NCBI GenBank assembly: GCA_963706285.1
Contig: CAVPLU010000004.1
Span: 128,001-192,000 of the forward strand
Direction of reading: 5' to 3'
DNA: 64,000 nucleotides
Source: Candidatus Bathyarchaeota archaeon
GTDB lineage: Archaea; Thermoproteota; Bathyarchaeia; 40CM-2-53-6
The translations under genes were made by a program, and so were the position numbers. Every line of letters starts with the position of its first letter. Position 1 is the first letter of the stretch. Positions 1 to 11,098 of the stretch are shown piece after piece. Under the pieces are notes generated by a model, which searched no databases, was not told the origin of the DNA, and was given only the letters and a program-made list of their open reading frames with translations.

Positions 1-274
1 AAACGGCGTCTATGAAAGCTCCCATTTCCCGCATGATTGCTAGCACTGACATGTTGGAGTTCGCTTTGGCTGCATAGTAGATTCTAGTCCTATCGTAGTA
101 TTTCTCGAAAGCCTTCTGCAATCGAGTGTAATTGTCTCTGATTCGGCTTTCGCTGAGGACGTAAACAGGTGTCTCCAATTCGGAGGCTAGGCCAACAAGT
201 GAAACTCCTTCTAGATACAGTGCCCCTTCGCGCCTTGCTAGAACGCTACTCTTGAAAAGTGTCGTATTAGGCGT
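1..274 (-). CDS. lysA: Diaminopimelate decarboxylase, 5' part (runs off window; one indel near 125)
   Basis: Manual translation gives ETPVYVLSESRIRDNY, then after a frameshift RIYYAAKANSNMSVLAIMREMGAFIDAV (YAxKAN PLP-lysine motif). Lies downstream of dapB. Start uncertain. Confidence 0.85.
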
Positions 275-291
275 ATGAGTTCACCAAGCAG

Positions 292-1125
292 TTAGTTGAA
301 TTGTCGTTGCCCTAGAACGTCTTCCATGCCAAAGATCATATTTCTTGATTCTCCGTTCAGCCACTGGGCAGCGTAAAGAGCTCCTTGCGCGAATACGTTT
401 CTGGAGAACGCTACGTGTTCGATTCTTATCATTTCATGTTGACCAGCAATCATCAAATCGTGTATACCTGGAATCCCGCCGGCTCTGACGGAGAGCAGCT
501 CCAACTGCTTCTCGTTTCTCTTAGACATTCCTTCTCTTCCGTGGATCCTTTCCGAGTACCCTCTCATTGCTGAAATCGTATCAGCCATCTTCTTAGCGGT
601 TCCGCTTGGAGCATCTGCTTTCCCAGAGTGGTGTGCTTCCACGATGCTAAAGTCATAGTCCTTGGGGAAGAGTCTGCACGTTTCTATCATCTTGAACAGC
701 AGGTTCACGCCAATTGAGAAATTTGGCGATATGATGGCAGGCACTTTTCCTTCCAAGGTCCGACGGATGCTTCTCATCTCATCTTCATTGAATCCCGTCG
801 TTCCTATGATCGCTTTCTTGCCCATCTGAACAGCTTTCGGAAGATTGGCCAACTCGGCGGCTGGGGTTGTGAAGGATATGTAGATGTCGGCGCCTTGGAG
901 AGCTTCTTCAAGATTCTGTTGAGGAAGAATCTTGAGGTTGGTTGGTGAAAGGCCGATCTCGCCTAGGCTACGTCCTGCATTCTCGCTGTTTGGTGCGGTA
1001 ACCGCACCCACCACTTCGAAGACCGGCGACTTTGCCTGTTGGATGATGTTGCTGCCCATCCTTCCGTCGGCGCCAACGATGCACAACCTAGTAGCCGTCG
1101 TAGCAGAGATGCCTCCAGGCTTCAT
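292..1125 (-). CDS. dapB: 4-hydroxy-tetrahydrodipicolinate reductase
   Basis: GADGRMG, GTTG, SPNFSIGVN, EAHHSGKADAPSGTA, FAQGAL motifs. Confidence 0.95.
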   Translation of the reverse strand: MKPGGISATTATRLCIVGADGRMGSNIIQQAKSPVFEVVGAVTAPNSENAGRSLGEIGLSPTNLKILPQQNLEEALQGADIYISFTTPAAELANLPKAVQMGKKAIIGTTGFNEDEMRSIRRTLEGKVPAIISPNFSIGVNLLFKMIETCRLFPKDYDFSIVEAHHSGKADAPSGTAKKMADTISAMRGYSERIHGREGMSKRNEKQLELLSVRAGGIPGIHDLMIAGQHEMIRIEHVAFSRNVFAQGALYAAQWLNGESRNMIFGMEDVLGQRQFN

Positions 1126-2125
1126 CGTCGGATAGTCTCTTCTCGAGATCTATGTCGAAGAATTCCTGAACTGGATTGAGAATCTCGGGGGTGCGCTCGT
1201 GGACCAAGCGGATGCTCTTCAACACGACGTTCAGCCCTTTGCTCGTCATCCTTCCGACTGGGGGTCGACACGGTCCAGATGGCAATCCCATGATATTCAT
1301 CAGTGTCTTGTAGGGCAGCGGGTTTCTTGCTTTGCACGAGACTGTACCATATTGAGTTGTTTCCTCACTCTTGACGGTCACGATTTGAAATAGAGGTTTG
1401 AGTGCATTGGCTAGGGTGCCTGCCTTTTCGAGGTCTCCATCACTGATGGCCTTGCACATTTCCTGCACGGCTCTAGGCGCTATGTTAGACGTGACGGAGA
1501 CGACTCCACTTGCCTTGATGTCGTTCGTCATCATTTCGTAAGTTCTATCATCGTCTCCTGAGAGTATGTCGAACTGATCCCCACAGTATTTTCGTGTGAG
1601 TCTAGCATTCTCGTAGTCTCCAGTAGCCTCTTTGACCGCGTTCAAGTTTGGGCACGTCTTGTGCAGAATCGCAAGATCGTGAGGCATGAGCTGCGTGCCT
1701 GTCCGTCCGGGAATTACGTACGGAATCATCTGCATACTAGGTAGGGCTCTTGCGATCGGTTCCACGTACTCTTTCCTGATCTCTAATGAACTTGGACCAT
1801 TGTAGTATGGATCCACTAAGAGCGCGGCCTTCGCGCCGAGGTCCCAACTCTGCTTCGTTGCTTCGAGCGCTTCCTCTGTGCTGTTGCTGCCGGTCCCAGC
1901 CACAACTTGGAACTTGTCACTGGTGTGTTCCAAGGCCTTCTCGATTACCTTCATATGCTCTGCCCAGGTCAACGTAGGTGACTCGCCGGTCGTTCCCGCA
2001 ACGATCAGTCCACTGGCTCCAGACTTCACTTGAAACTCAACAAGTCGCTGAAAGCCATCATAGTCAATCGATGAATCTCTCATAGGCGTGACTATTGCCG
2101 TGTAGCATCCACGAAACATATGCAT
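1088..2125 (-). CDS. dapA: 4-hydroxy-tetrahydrodipicolinate synthase
   Basis: TAIVTP, GTTGESPTL, PYYN, YVIPGRTG, AVKEATG, LSGDD motifs. Confidence 0.95.
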   Translation of the reverse strand: MHMFRGCYTAIVTPMRDSSIDYDGFQRLVEFQVKSGASGLIVAGTTGESPTLTWAEHMKVIEKALEHTSDKFQVVAGTGSNSTEEALEATKQSWDLGAKAALLVDPYYNGPSSLEIRKEYVEPIARALPSMQMIPYVIPGRTGTQLMPHDLAILHKTCPNLNAVKEATGDYENARLTRKYCGDQFDILSGDDDRTYEMMTNDIKASGVVSVTSNIAPRAVQEMCKAISDGDLEKAGTLANALKPLFQIVTVKSEETTQYGTVSCKARNPLPYKTLMNIMGLPSGPCRPPVGRMTSKGLNVVLKSIRLVHERTPEILNPVQEFFDIDLEKRLSDDEAWRHLCYDGY

Positions 2126-2168
2126 TCATGCTCCGAAGTGACGGATCCGCCTGCCATAGCGACGCTAG

Positions 2169-2224
2169 TTTAAAAGATTTGCGTGTTTCGATACGTATTA
2201 CGGATATGCGCTACGAAAATCGTA
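2169..2224 (-). promoter_or_regulatory. dapA promoter: TATA box plus upstream palindromic operator
   Basis: Minus-strand TTTTAAA at 2169-2175; inverted repeat TACGA-AAA-TCGTA at 2212-2224. Confidence 0.5.
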
Positions 2225-2546
2225 ATGCAGTTAGCTGCTAACAAACGGCATGGTCTTCTGGAAGCATCTTGTTAGCGTTCATCGATCGCCCATATTGTCC
2301 AGAATACTCCAACTGTCGTGCATGCGATTGCCATTGATGCTAGAAATACTGCCGCTCTCTGCTAAGTGCAGATTCCCCGCATAGGAGGCGAGATAGAGCA
2401 CGATGAAGGCAAACCACAGCGCTCAAAACAAAACGGTTGCAGAGACTCTCGTACTAAGAGAAACCACACCTTCACGGCCTGCTCAATGATCTCGACTTTG
2501 TCCGTTTCTCTCTTGTCCTCGGCAGTTGTCCGAGTCGCGGCGCTTC

Positions 2547-3878
2547 TCATCTTCTCAGACGAAGGCCGCCAGCTCTGTAGAGCAGCACCAGAGTAATCGC
2601 AAGCGAGAGCAGCAAGACTCCGGCGCTAGCTTCGAGTACTCCTCTCAAACCTCCCATCGAGGCTGAGTATCCGCCGAGGAGGTTGCCAATTACCATGCCA
2701 AGGCTGAGCATCATGCTGTAGATTCCCATAGCGGAGCCTCGAAGCCCACTGCTGGTTCTGTCTCCCACAAGCGCTAGTGCTGAGGGAACGGTGGCTGTTG
2801 CCATGAGACCTCCTGCAACTATGAATGGAAGTTGCTCGTAGATTTGCGGAGGGCTGTGTGAGACAGCGTCCAACGTACTAAAGAGAAGCATGACCAATCC
2901 AATGACACCTATGCCAAGGGTCTTGCCTCTTCCTATCTTGTCCGACAATCTTCCGAACCCCACAGATCCAATGCCTATTCCGAAGGCTCCCAACGAAAGA
3001 GTCAGTCCGACTTCGGAAGATCCGAAACCGGATTCCATGAGCGTTCTAGGCAACACAAAGACCACTCCAAGTATGGAAGTAAGCCCAAGCCAAAGTGGCA
3101 GAATCGCACGCGTGTTCTGATCTAGGGATCGGAGCGGGTTCACTTGATGACTCTGAGTTGAGGAATGGCTTGTTTCTCTAATCCAGACGATGCTCGCGAT
3201 GCTCCCACTAAGGAGTATGATACCGGTCGCAACAAATGCGAGCTCGTAGTTGCGCTGAGTAAAATGTAGAATGGTTGTAGCCAACGAAATTCCGAGCGCG
3301 TAGCCCAGTATGTTCGAAAAGTCGAAGCCACCCATACCGAGGCCTCTGTTGCTCACAGCTGTCAGGTCAGTTATCATAGTGAGAGAAGCGACGGTAACCG
3401 CTGCACCCGAGAATCCCATGACAGCATGAATTATCGAAATCGCGTAGACATTCCTCGTCAATGATATTGCCATTGTGAGCAGGGAGACTGACAGGAGTCC
3501 CAGAAGCAGCATTCGGCGCCGTCCCTTAAAGTCGACGTATGCACCAATAGGTGCCGCCGAAATGAATTCCGCGAGCGGATAAGCTGATAAGGCTATTCCG
3601 ACGCCGAGACTACCCACGGGCAGATACATTGGAAACAGGAGAAGTATCGAACCGAAGCCAATCCTTGTGACAAGCATTGCAGAGTACAGAATGAATAGTT
3701 GCCATTTGCTACCCACTTGTGGAAGGTCAGTGGATGACTGTGATTCATTGCTATTCTGAGAGCCGAGGGCTGCGGTAGTGTCATTGGGCGCAACTATTTT
3801 CTCGGGAGCACCATTTTGGCGGAACGCTGACATCTTCATCTTACCACATATGAATTGTATCCGAGGAGATCCATGCAA
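2547..3878 (-). CDS. MFS transporter
   Basis: About 12 hydrophobic segments; motif A variants GAYVDFKGRR and GRLSDKIGRG. Confidence 0.9.
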   Translation of the reverse strand: MHGSPRIQFICGKMKMSAFRQNGAPEKIVAPNDTTAALGSQNSNESQSSTDLPQVGSKWQLFILYSAMLVTRIGFGSILLLFPMYLPVGSLGVGIALSAYPLAEFISAAPIGAYVDFKGRRRMLLLGLLSVSLLTMAISLTRNVYAISIIHAVMGFSGAAVTVASLTMITDLTAVSNRGLGMGGFDFSNILGYALGISLATTILHFTQRNYELAFVATGIILLSGSIASIVWIRETSHSSTQSHQVNPLRSLDQNTRAILPLWLGLTSILGVVFVLPRTLMESGFGSSEVGLTLSLGAFGIGIGSVGFGRLSDKIGRGKTLGIGVIGLVMLLFSTLDAVSHSPPQIYEQLPFIVAGGLMATATVPSALALVGDRTSSGLRGSAMGIYSMMLSLGMVIGNLLGGYSASMGGLRGVLEASAGVLLLSLAITLVLLYRAGGLRLRR

Positions 3879-3920
3879 CTAGATGGTTGGGCGCTTTGCA
3901 GGCATCATTTCAACTCGGAA

Positions 3921-4142
3921 CTATGAAGCTTCCCATTTCTCTATTCTCGGTCCTCTTGACGGCCTGTTCTTCACCGTGTAAACAATTAGCAGCGCTTCAA
4001 CCACGAGGTTTCCTGAAGCAAAAACGATAGAGGAACTCCTGTCTATTGAATCAATGTAGAGTCCGAGAAGACCTACTAGGACCCAGATAAATATGAAATC
4101 TCTAAGAAATCCAAACTTGCCTCTTGAGCGAGTGCTCTGCAT
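3921..4142 (-). CDS. Small two-TM membrane protein
   Basis: 73-aa ORF with two hydrophobic helices. Confidence 0.55.
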   Translation of the reverse strand: MQSTRSRGKFGFLRDFIFIWVLVGLLGLYIDSIDRSSSIVFASGNLVVEALLIVYTVKNRPSRGPRIEKWEAS

Positions 4143-4176
4143 TCTGGTCTTTTTGCTCTCCTTGACGGGTCGGGGA

Positions 4177-5308
4177 TCACTCTAGGACGTGGATGTTCTT
4201 CTTTGCACAGATCTCCTTGAGGATCTTGGGCCAGACTGTGACGCTGACTTCTCCAAGGTGTGCTTTCTTGAGTAGCAGCATGTATGTTCGTGACTGTCCG
4301 ATTCCGCCACCGATGCTGAGCGGAAGCTCATTCTTGATGATTCCTCGATGGTACGGCAGTTTGAGGAAATCAAGCTGACCGGATATCTCCAACTGCTTCC
4401 TAAGAGTATCCGCATTGACACGGATACCCATCGACGAGAGCTCGTGTCGACGTTTCGTCACGGGGTTCCAAACCAGAATGTCTCCGTTGAGTCCATGCAT
4501 GGCTCTCCCATCCTCCGACCTAGTCTCAGTAATCCAGTCGTCATAGTCGGCTGCACGCATTTCATGCGGATAGCCGTCCTTTAGCACCCAACCGATCCCA
4601 ATGATGAAAATAGCAGGGTACTTCTGCAGTATCGCTGTCTCCCGTTGCTTGCGCGGCAGATCCGGATACATGTCCAAGATGTCTTCAGCGTGTAGGAACG
4701 TGACTTCGTCAGGTAGGCTTGGATACTTGTTCGTCTTCAGCTGAGGGAAGAGCTTCTGCACGTGGGTTTCAGCTCCCTTGAGGACCTTCCAGATTCTTTC
4801 TGACCGTATCCTTCAGGTACTCGAGGTTGCGTTGGTCCGCTGCGACCACTTTCTCCCAATCCCACTGATCCACGTAGGCGCTATGGTCGTGGTCGAGGAA
4901 GTAGTCCTTGCGTACCGCCCGCATGTCAGTGCAAATTCCTTCGCCCACCTTCATTCCAAACTGCTTCAGCGCAACTCGCTTCCACTTCGTTGCAGCCTGC
5001 ACAACCTGGGCATCAACCGGATGCTTGTTGTAGTCGTTAGAAATATGGAACTGAATCGGCGTGCGCGATCCATCGCGGTCGAGCAGATCGTTAACGCCAC
5101 TCTCAACGTCCACAATCAAAGGAACCTGAACCATCATCAGATTGAGTTCTTTGCATAGGGTCTCTTCGATGTAGCTCTTTGCCGCAAAAATGGCCTTCTG
5201 CGTGTCCTTGGGATCCAGCAGCGAATCATAGTCCTGAGGAAGGATCTTCTCCAGCTCTTCATAGCTGCCAATACCGGGACCTGCCAAGTCCGCCTTTTTG
5301 TCAGCCAT
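4177..5308 (-). CDS. asnA: Aspartate--ammonia ligase, E. coli AsnA type (indel near 4790)
   Basis: VVQAATKWKR, YVDQWDWE, HEMRAADYDDW, LNGDI, ELSSMGIRV, SIGGGIGQSR across two ORFs. Confidence 0.92.
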
Positions 5309-5461
5309 TATCTTGTTCCTCTTGGAAATGCGCATTCATGCTGAACGCGGCGAATCCCCGAGCCCTCGCTTAGGTCGACATGTCTCGTTAGGTTGCACTT
5401 TTTGACGACAGTTAAAGCTGTTACTGCGCACAAGTTAGGGTAAGAGACGGAGAGATCCAAT

Positions 5462-6223
5462 TTGATCGACACGCATGCACATCTGCAATGGCCTGCCTTT
5501 GACAAGGATAGGGAGGAGGTTATCGAAAGAGCTTTCGCGGCTGGGTTGAGTGCAATCGTCAACGTCGGATATGATCTCAACGCTAGTCGCCAAGCTGTTC
5601 AAATCGCAAACAATCACAAGAACATATACGCAGTCGTCGGGATCCATCCGCACAACGCGAAAACGATGACCGCTTCGGTGCTTGACTCGCTCCGAGAACT
5701 CGCCCAGAACACAAAGGTCGTCGCAATCGGTGAGATTGGACTTGACTACCATCGGGATCTCTCTCCAAGAGCACGACAAAAGGAAGCGTTTGAACAGCAG
5801 ATACTCCTGGCAAAGGAGCTAGACTTGCCAATTGTAGTACATGACCGTGAAGCGCACAATGATGTCTTGGAAGTGATACGGAGCTTCGGCAAAGATGTGA
5901 ATGGAGTTCTTCACTGCTTCTCCGGCGACCTGGATATGGCTGAGAAAGTCATCGAACTGGGCTATTCGATTTCGATCGCGGGACCCGTGACCTTTCCCAA
6001 CGCAAGAAAACTACATCAGCTTGTCCAACATGTGCCAGACGAATCGATTGTTCTGGAGACTGACTGTCCGTTTCTTACACCTCAATCGAGACGAGGGGAA
6101 AGAAATGAACCCATGTATGTTCTTGAAACTGCGAAGAAAGTCGCAGAGCTAAAAGGAATGCAATTGGATGAACTAGACAAGCTCACGTCTCAGAACTCGA
6201 AACGGATGTTCCAGATCGACTAG
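5462..6223 (+). CDS. tatD: TatD family DNase
   Basis: IDTHAH, GIHPH, IGEIGLDY, HCFSG, LETDCPFL motifs. Confidence 0.95.
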   Translation: MIDTHAHLQWPAFDKDREEVIERAFAAGLSAIVNVGYDLNASRQAVQIANNHKNIYAVVGIHPHNAKTMTASVLDSLRELAQNTKVVAIGEIGLDYHRDLSPRARQKEAFEQQILLAKELDLPIVVHDREAHNDVLEVIRSFGKDVNGVLHCFSGDLDMAEKVIELGYSISIAGPVTFPNARKLHQLVQHVPDESIVLETDCPFLTPQSRRGERNEPMYVLETAKKVAELKGMQLDELDKLTSQNSKRMFQID

Positions 6224-6241
6224 GAACCGACGAGTCTCACG

Positions 6242-7392
6242 CTAAGAACGTGTCAACAACGGGATTCTCTTTCTGAGGTCTTCAATGTTCTTCTTAACCT
6301 GATCTGCACCTGTCTCTGGACTATCTTCTCGTGAAGGCTCACTCCGCAAGGTCTTAGGCGGCGTCACATGCGTGCTTTTCTTTAGCGCGTTTCTCCATTC
6401 ATCTGGAATGTTGTTGGTTGGATGAAGCTCGGCGAGTGAAGCGGCTATCACGGTCCAGCACCGCGCCACGTTCGCCGGATTGTATCCTCCACCGCCAACG
6501 GCCACGATCCTGCCGGACGCAACTTCGTGAGCGAGTCCATGTAGAGTGGTGATGATTTCCTCGTATGTTCGCGTGGTCAATCTAAGATGTGCGAGCATAT
6601 CATCCTCGTGCGAGTCGGCCCCACACTGGGCTATGATGAATTGTGGCTTGTAGGCTCGGACCAGCGGCGGAACGATCTCTCTGAATCCTCTCAGGTAGGG
6701 ATCGTCTCCGGTGCTCGGGAGTACAGGCATGTTGATTTTGAGGCCTTCCGCGTCCTTTTCTCCCGTCTCGAAAGTGAATCCTGTTCCGGGAACAGGTATC
6801 GCCCGTCTTCATGTAGATCCACGTCAAGAACTCCCGCGTCCGCGTAGAACCCATACATGACACCGTCGCCGTGATGCGCGTCCATGTCAAAATACATAAT
6901 CCGCTTGAGACCATACTTCTTCTTCAAACATGCAATTGCGACCGCCGGATCGTTGAAGACACAGAAACCTGAAGCTCTATCTTCATGTGCATGATGGAGA
7001 CCTCCTGAGATATTCATTCCGTGATCCGCTCGACCCTCCATGACCGCGTCGACGGCACCCAGAGTGGCTCCCACTGCCATTGCTGATGCTTCATAGATTC
7101 CTTTGAATGCAGGAGTGTCGCCGAGATCAAGGAGGCCGTGCCCTGACTTGCTCAGCCGTTTCACTAAACTCACGTACTCTTCTGTATGGAAGAGTCTGAC
7201 CTCTTCCTCGCTCGCCACGCGGGGTGCAACCACTTTTACATGCTGATTTTCGAAGAGGCCCTTCGCACGGGAGAGCTCGTAGGTCAACTTCAACCGAATT
7301 GGCGCTAACGGATGGTCTGGACCGAAATCGTACTTCAGGAAGTCGTTGCTGTAGACATAGGCGAGTCTAGGCTTCGCAGATCTCGCACTCAA
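6242..7392 (-). CDS. Zn-dependent deacetylase, HDAC/AcuC family (indel near 6780)
   Basis: GGLHHA, SGFCVFND, DMDAHHGDG, GADSH, GGGGY motifs. Confidence 0.92.
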
Positions 7393-7451
7393 AGCTCGTC
7401 ATTCAATCTAGGGTCAACCGAGGGTAATAGTTCTACTGTGCCCTTGCGGAC

Positions 7452-8483
7452 TTAACGAATTTGCGGATACCCGAGCGTCCGATCGAAGAGCAGCATCATG
7501 CCTGCGTTGATCGCATAATAAGTCGTCAAGAACGGGTAACCATACTTCTTGATTCTCCTCAATGACGTGTACGCAGTCATTTCAGGGTTGAAGACGATCG
7601 GACCCTGATGTCTCATCTGAAGACTGAGCGTCACGTCCTCTGAAAGGACTCTGCTCTCATCGAATCCTCCAGCATCCCAGAATGGTTTCTTGCGGTATGC
7701 ACAGTTGAACCCGGCAACATGTGGGCGTCCCAGCCTCAGCGAGAAGCGTTGCATCCATCCAGTCGCAACATCGTACGCAAGTCTATCCAGTTTCGATCCC
7801 TCATGCGGAAGCGTTGGACCAGTAACTCCGGCAGCATTCGGGTTAGAGTCGAACGTACGAGCGATTTCCTCAATCCATCTCTCACATGCAATAGTGTCAG
7901 CATCGATGAATGCGAGAATGTTTCCCTTCGCGTGCTTCGCTCCGATATTCCGTGCCGCTCCAACCGGAGACGGTTCAACTATGACTTTGTCAGCATACTC
8001 CTCTGCAACCTCTGCGGTGCGATCCGTGCTGCCTCCATCAACCACGATGGTCTCGAATTGTCCTTTTCGAGACTGACGTGAAAGAGATTGAAGACATCTT
8101 GGGAGATACTTCTCTTCATTCAACGCGGGAATTATCACAGAAATATCACAGGCACCGATCACCAAGACGTTCTTGAACTTGGGTCCAAAGGGAAAAGGGC
8201 GTGATCCAATCTCAAGTGACAACAATTCCCCTCTAGCCAACATCTGAGCTATCAGATTCTGTAAGGACTCAAACTGGCACCGAAGAATCGAGAGCATTTG
8301 CAGATGTGAGCTGATCTCGAAGGGTTGTAGAAGCTTCCAAGACTGAGAGATCATTATCGCCCAGAGATCCGGCGCCCTAAGCACAAGGATCAGGGAAATA
8401 CAGAATGTAGTGACAGCAATGATTGCTGATTTCTCGTCTGCCGCTAGTGAAGTCCGTCTCGGTGCGATGGGATGGGCGGACAT
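7452..8483 (-). CDS. Glycosyltransferase family 2 (true start may be nearer 8165)
   Basis: SVIIPALNEE, VVDGGSTD, AARNIGA, FIDAD, GGFDE, SED motifs. Confidence 0.9.
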   Translation of the reverse strand: MSAHPIAPRRTSLAADEKSAIIAVTTFCISLILVLRAPDLWAIMISQSWKLLQPFEISSHLQMLSILRCQFESLQNLIAQMLARGELLSLEIGSRPFPFGPKFKNVLVIGACDISVIIPALNEEKYLPRCLQSLSRQSRKGQFETIVVDGGSTDRTAEVAEEYADKVIVEPSPVGAARNIGAKHAKGNILAFIDADTIACERWIEEIARTFDSNPNAAGVTGPTLPHEGSKLDRLAYDVATGWMQRFSLRLGRPHVAGFNCAYRKKPFWDAGGFDESRVLSEDVTLSLQMRHQGPIVFNPEMTAYTSLRRIKKYGYPFLTTYYAINAGMMLLFDRTLGYPQIR

Positions 8484-8608
8484 GTATTGTCATCTCTTTC
8501 CAAGCGTTGCCTGCGATGCAGGTAGCGCAGATGTAGCCCATGATCTAATACGATAAAAGAATTGCGAGGCACGGAAATCTCGCAGCACGGAATCTCTTGC
8601 TTTCGGGC

Positions 8609-9025
8609 TTAGGGAACGGCCACTTGAAGTGGTTTCCAGGCTTCGCCGGCTTTCTCCTGGAGCTTGACTGCGTAGTCAGTTCCAAGCTCATTAGTGGCCT
8701 TTAGCACCAGCAAGTCTTCGATGTTTCTTAGTTCACACTTTATCCGGGCAGTGATGTCAGCGCCGCAACAGGCCACACAGAAGCCCTCATGCGCGTCAAC
8801 GTCTCTCGGATTTAGGTCCTCCAGCTTTGGATGTCCCTTGCACAGGGTGATGAGGTCCTTGGCACCTCTGAGGGCGTTGTAGATGTCAGGAGGCACATCC
8901 ACGCCGCGTCCTTTCAAGTCGACCGTGGCTTTGCTCAATACTTCCCACACGTCTCCGAGCATAGTGCAGTCTCGTTTCGCTCTCTCTTCACTAATCAACG
9001 CGACTCCCTCAGGATCCTCGCTCAT
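8609..9025 (-). CDS. Conserved archaeal protein, DUF2096-like
   Basis: WEVL...DLKGRGVDVPPDIYNALRGAK pattern recalled for this family. Confidence 0.55.
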   Translation of the reverse strand: MSEDPEGVALISEERAKRDCTMLGDVWEVLSKATVDLKGRGVDVPPDIYNALRGAKDLITLCKGHPKLEDLNPRDVDAHEGFCVACCGADITARIKCELRNIEDLLVLKATNELGTDYAVKLQEKAGEAWKPLQVAVP

Positions 9026-9148
9026 TGTGGCGCATGCGCTATATTTATCGTTGCCCTTTGGGGAGCGAGGGAAGGTGCTCGACCTATATACTCAACTTCA
9101 AGCAGGTAGTCTGAGGCATGCAGAAGTCTTCTCGTGGCTTCCCAATTG

Positions 9149-9634
9149 TCATTCTATCTTGGCGAGGTCACGAGCGATGAATGATATCTTGCCATGTAAC
9201 TCCTCACATAGCACATTCAGTCTCTTTGCGAGCCTGTGTGACATTTCTTCCGACACCGTGTACGGATCCTCGACTTCTATGCCAAGTATGTGGACTTGCT
9301 CGGGCGGGTTGAGGTCGAGCTGCGCCATCATCTTAAGCGCTTCAGGGATACCAACGTAGTGAGAAGTGAACGGTGCATATTGCTGGAAGTCTTCAGGTTT
9401 GACGGTGACGATTTCGCCAACTTCGTGTGTATCAGTCTTCACACTGTCGACTATTACAACCGCTTGTCGGTTCTCAATGTGGTCTATGATTGAGAAGCCG
9501 GTTTTCTCAAGGATCTCTACCTCGTGTCCCTCGGATTCGAGTACGGGCTTCAGCATTTCGCCTAGGAGCAGGCCGATCTTGTCGTCAGCAAGTATCGGGT
9601 TTCCTAGGAAGAGAACGAGGAGCTTCTTGATCAT
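9149..9634 (-). CDS. Hydrogenase maturation protease
   Basis: LGNPILADDKIG, VIVDS, SH motifs; follows mvhA. Confidence 0.9.
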   Translation of the reverse strand: MIKKLLVLFLGNPILADDKIGLLLGEMLKPVLESEGHEVEILEKTGFSIIDHIENRQAVVIVDSVKTDTHEVGEIVTVKPEDFQQYAPFTSHYVGIPEALKMMAQLDLNPPEQVHILGIEVEDPYTVSEEMSHRLAKRLNVLCEELHGKISFIARDLAKIE

Positions 9635-11098
9635 GGAAGCTTATGCTTCACTGTTCGCATGAGTGCTCCGTCTTCGTTGTATAGGTAGATCATGAACGGC
9701 ATCGAGCCAGGGAGCGTGTGGGTTCCACATGCATGGCATGGATCGTATGCTCTGAAGGCCATCTCAACCATGTTCAACATCCCATCATCCACCTTTCCTC
9801 CCTTTATGAAACTGCGAGCGGCCTTATCCACCGATAGAGCCATTCTCGCCGAGTTGTGTTGAGTCGCGACTAGGAGGTTGGCTTTCTTGATGACGGCACG
9901 GTTGTCCGTCTCGTAATGGTGTATCAGAGTGCCTCTTGGCGCCTCGACCACGCCGATGCCGCTCTCTGGAACCGCAGTTGGAAGGATCCTTATGTTCTGT
10001 GATGTTATCTCAGGATCATTTGCTAGTTCTCTAAATCTCTCAGCTGCATAGATCAGCTCGACTATCCTAGCCCAATGATTAGCCAGAGTGTGGTGAACTG
10101 GTTTCCCTCCGAGCGTTGCAAACATTTCCTCGTATGCCTCTTGAGCCCTCGGAGTTGCCATTCCATCGGAAGCGTTCAGCCTAGCAAGCGGTGCGACGCT
10201 CATTATCCCGCTATCCTGTCCTTCGACGAATCCCTTCCATCCCACCTTCTTCAGGAAGGGGAACTTCATGTACGTCCACGGCTCAACATGTTCAGCGATG
10301 TGTTGCACGTAGTCGTGAATGTCGAACTTTGCGAATTCATTTCCAGTGGGACTGACGACTCTAACTTTGCCGTCGTAGAAGTTGACCTTGTTCTTCTGAT
10401 CGACCAATCCCATGTAGTAGGTCTTGATGGGTGTATGCGTCGCTCGTGATCAGGTCTACGTATTGCTTGTTTGAGAGCACGATGTCCTTGAAGACCTTGA
10501 GCGTGAAGACACCGAACTGCAGAGCATCGTCTCCTAGTTTTCTGATGTCTTGAGCTTCGGCAGCACTTATTGGCCGTGAGACTCCGCCTGGTAGTCCCAT
10601 GACCGGGTGAATCGTTCTTCCCGCTAGCATCTCGTTGGTCTTTCGCAGCCTCTTCCTCATTTCAATGACTTTGAGTCCCGTTTCTTTGCCGACCTTGTTT
10701 ATTACGCCAAGTATGTTGCGTTCTGCCTTCGGGGCGGTAGGGCCTACGATGAAGTCTGGGCCTCCAAGAACATAGACATGCAGCGCATGATCCTCAACCA
10801 TGAAGATGTTGTATGCCATTTCACGTATCTTCTTTGCAGCGCTTGGGGGACCGACCTTGAAGAGATCGTCCAAGGTTTTGGTCGAGGCCATGTGGTGGGC
10901 AAACGGGCACACGCCACAGATCCTGGAGGTTATCTGCGGCATGTCTTCAGCGTGTCTGCCTTCGGCGAATTTTTCGAATCCTCTAATTTCCGGCACCTGA
11001 AGGTAGGCTTTCTTGCAGTTACCTGCATCGTCCAGAACCGCAACTATTTTTCCGTGGCCTTCGAGTCTGGTTATTGGGTTGATTACTACTTCTTTCAT
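9631..11098 (-). CDS. mvhA: [NiFe] hydrogenase large subunit, group 3c (indel near 10430)
   Basis: TRLEGHG, L1 RICGVC, EAPRGTL, L2 DPCHACGTH plus C-terminal extension. Confidence 0.93.

Noticed and set aside
272-1101. ACG start codons for lysA (274) and dapB (1101) after SD-like motifs
   Set aside because: dapB has in-frame ATG and TTG alternatives, and one indel would give lysA a GTG/TTG start; unresolvable at this error rate.
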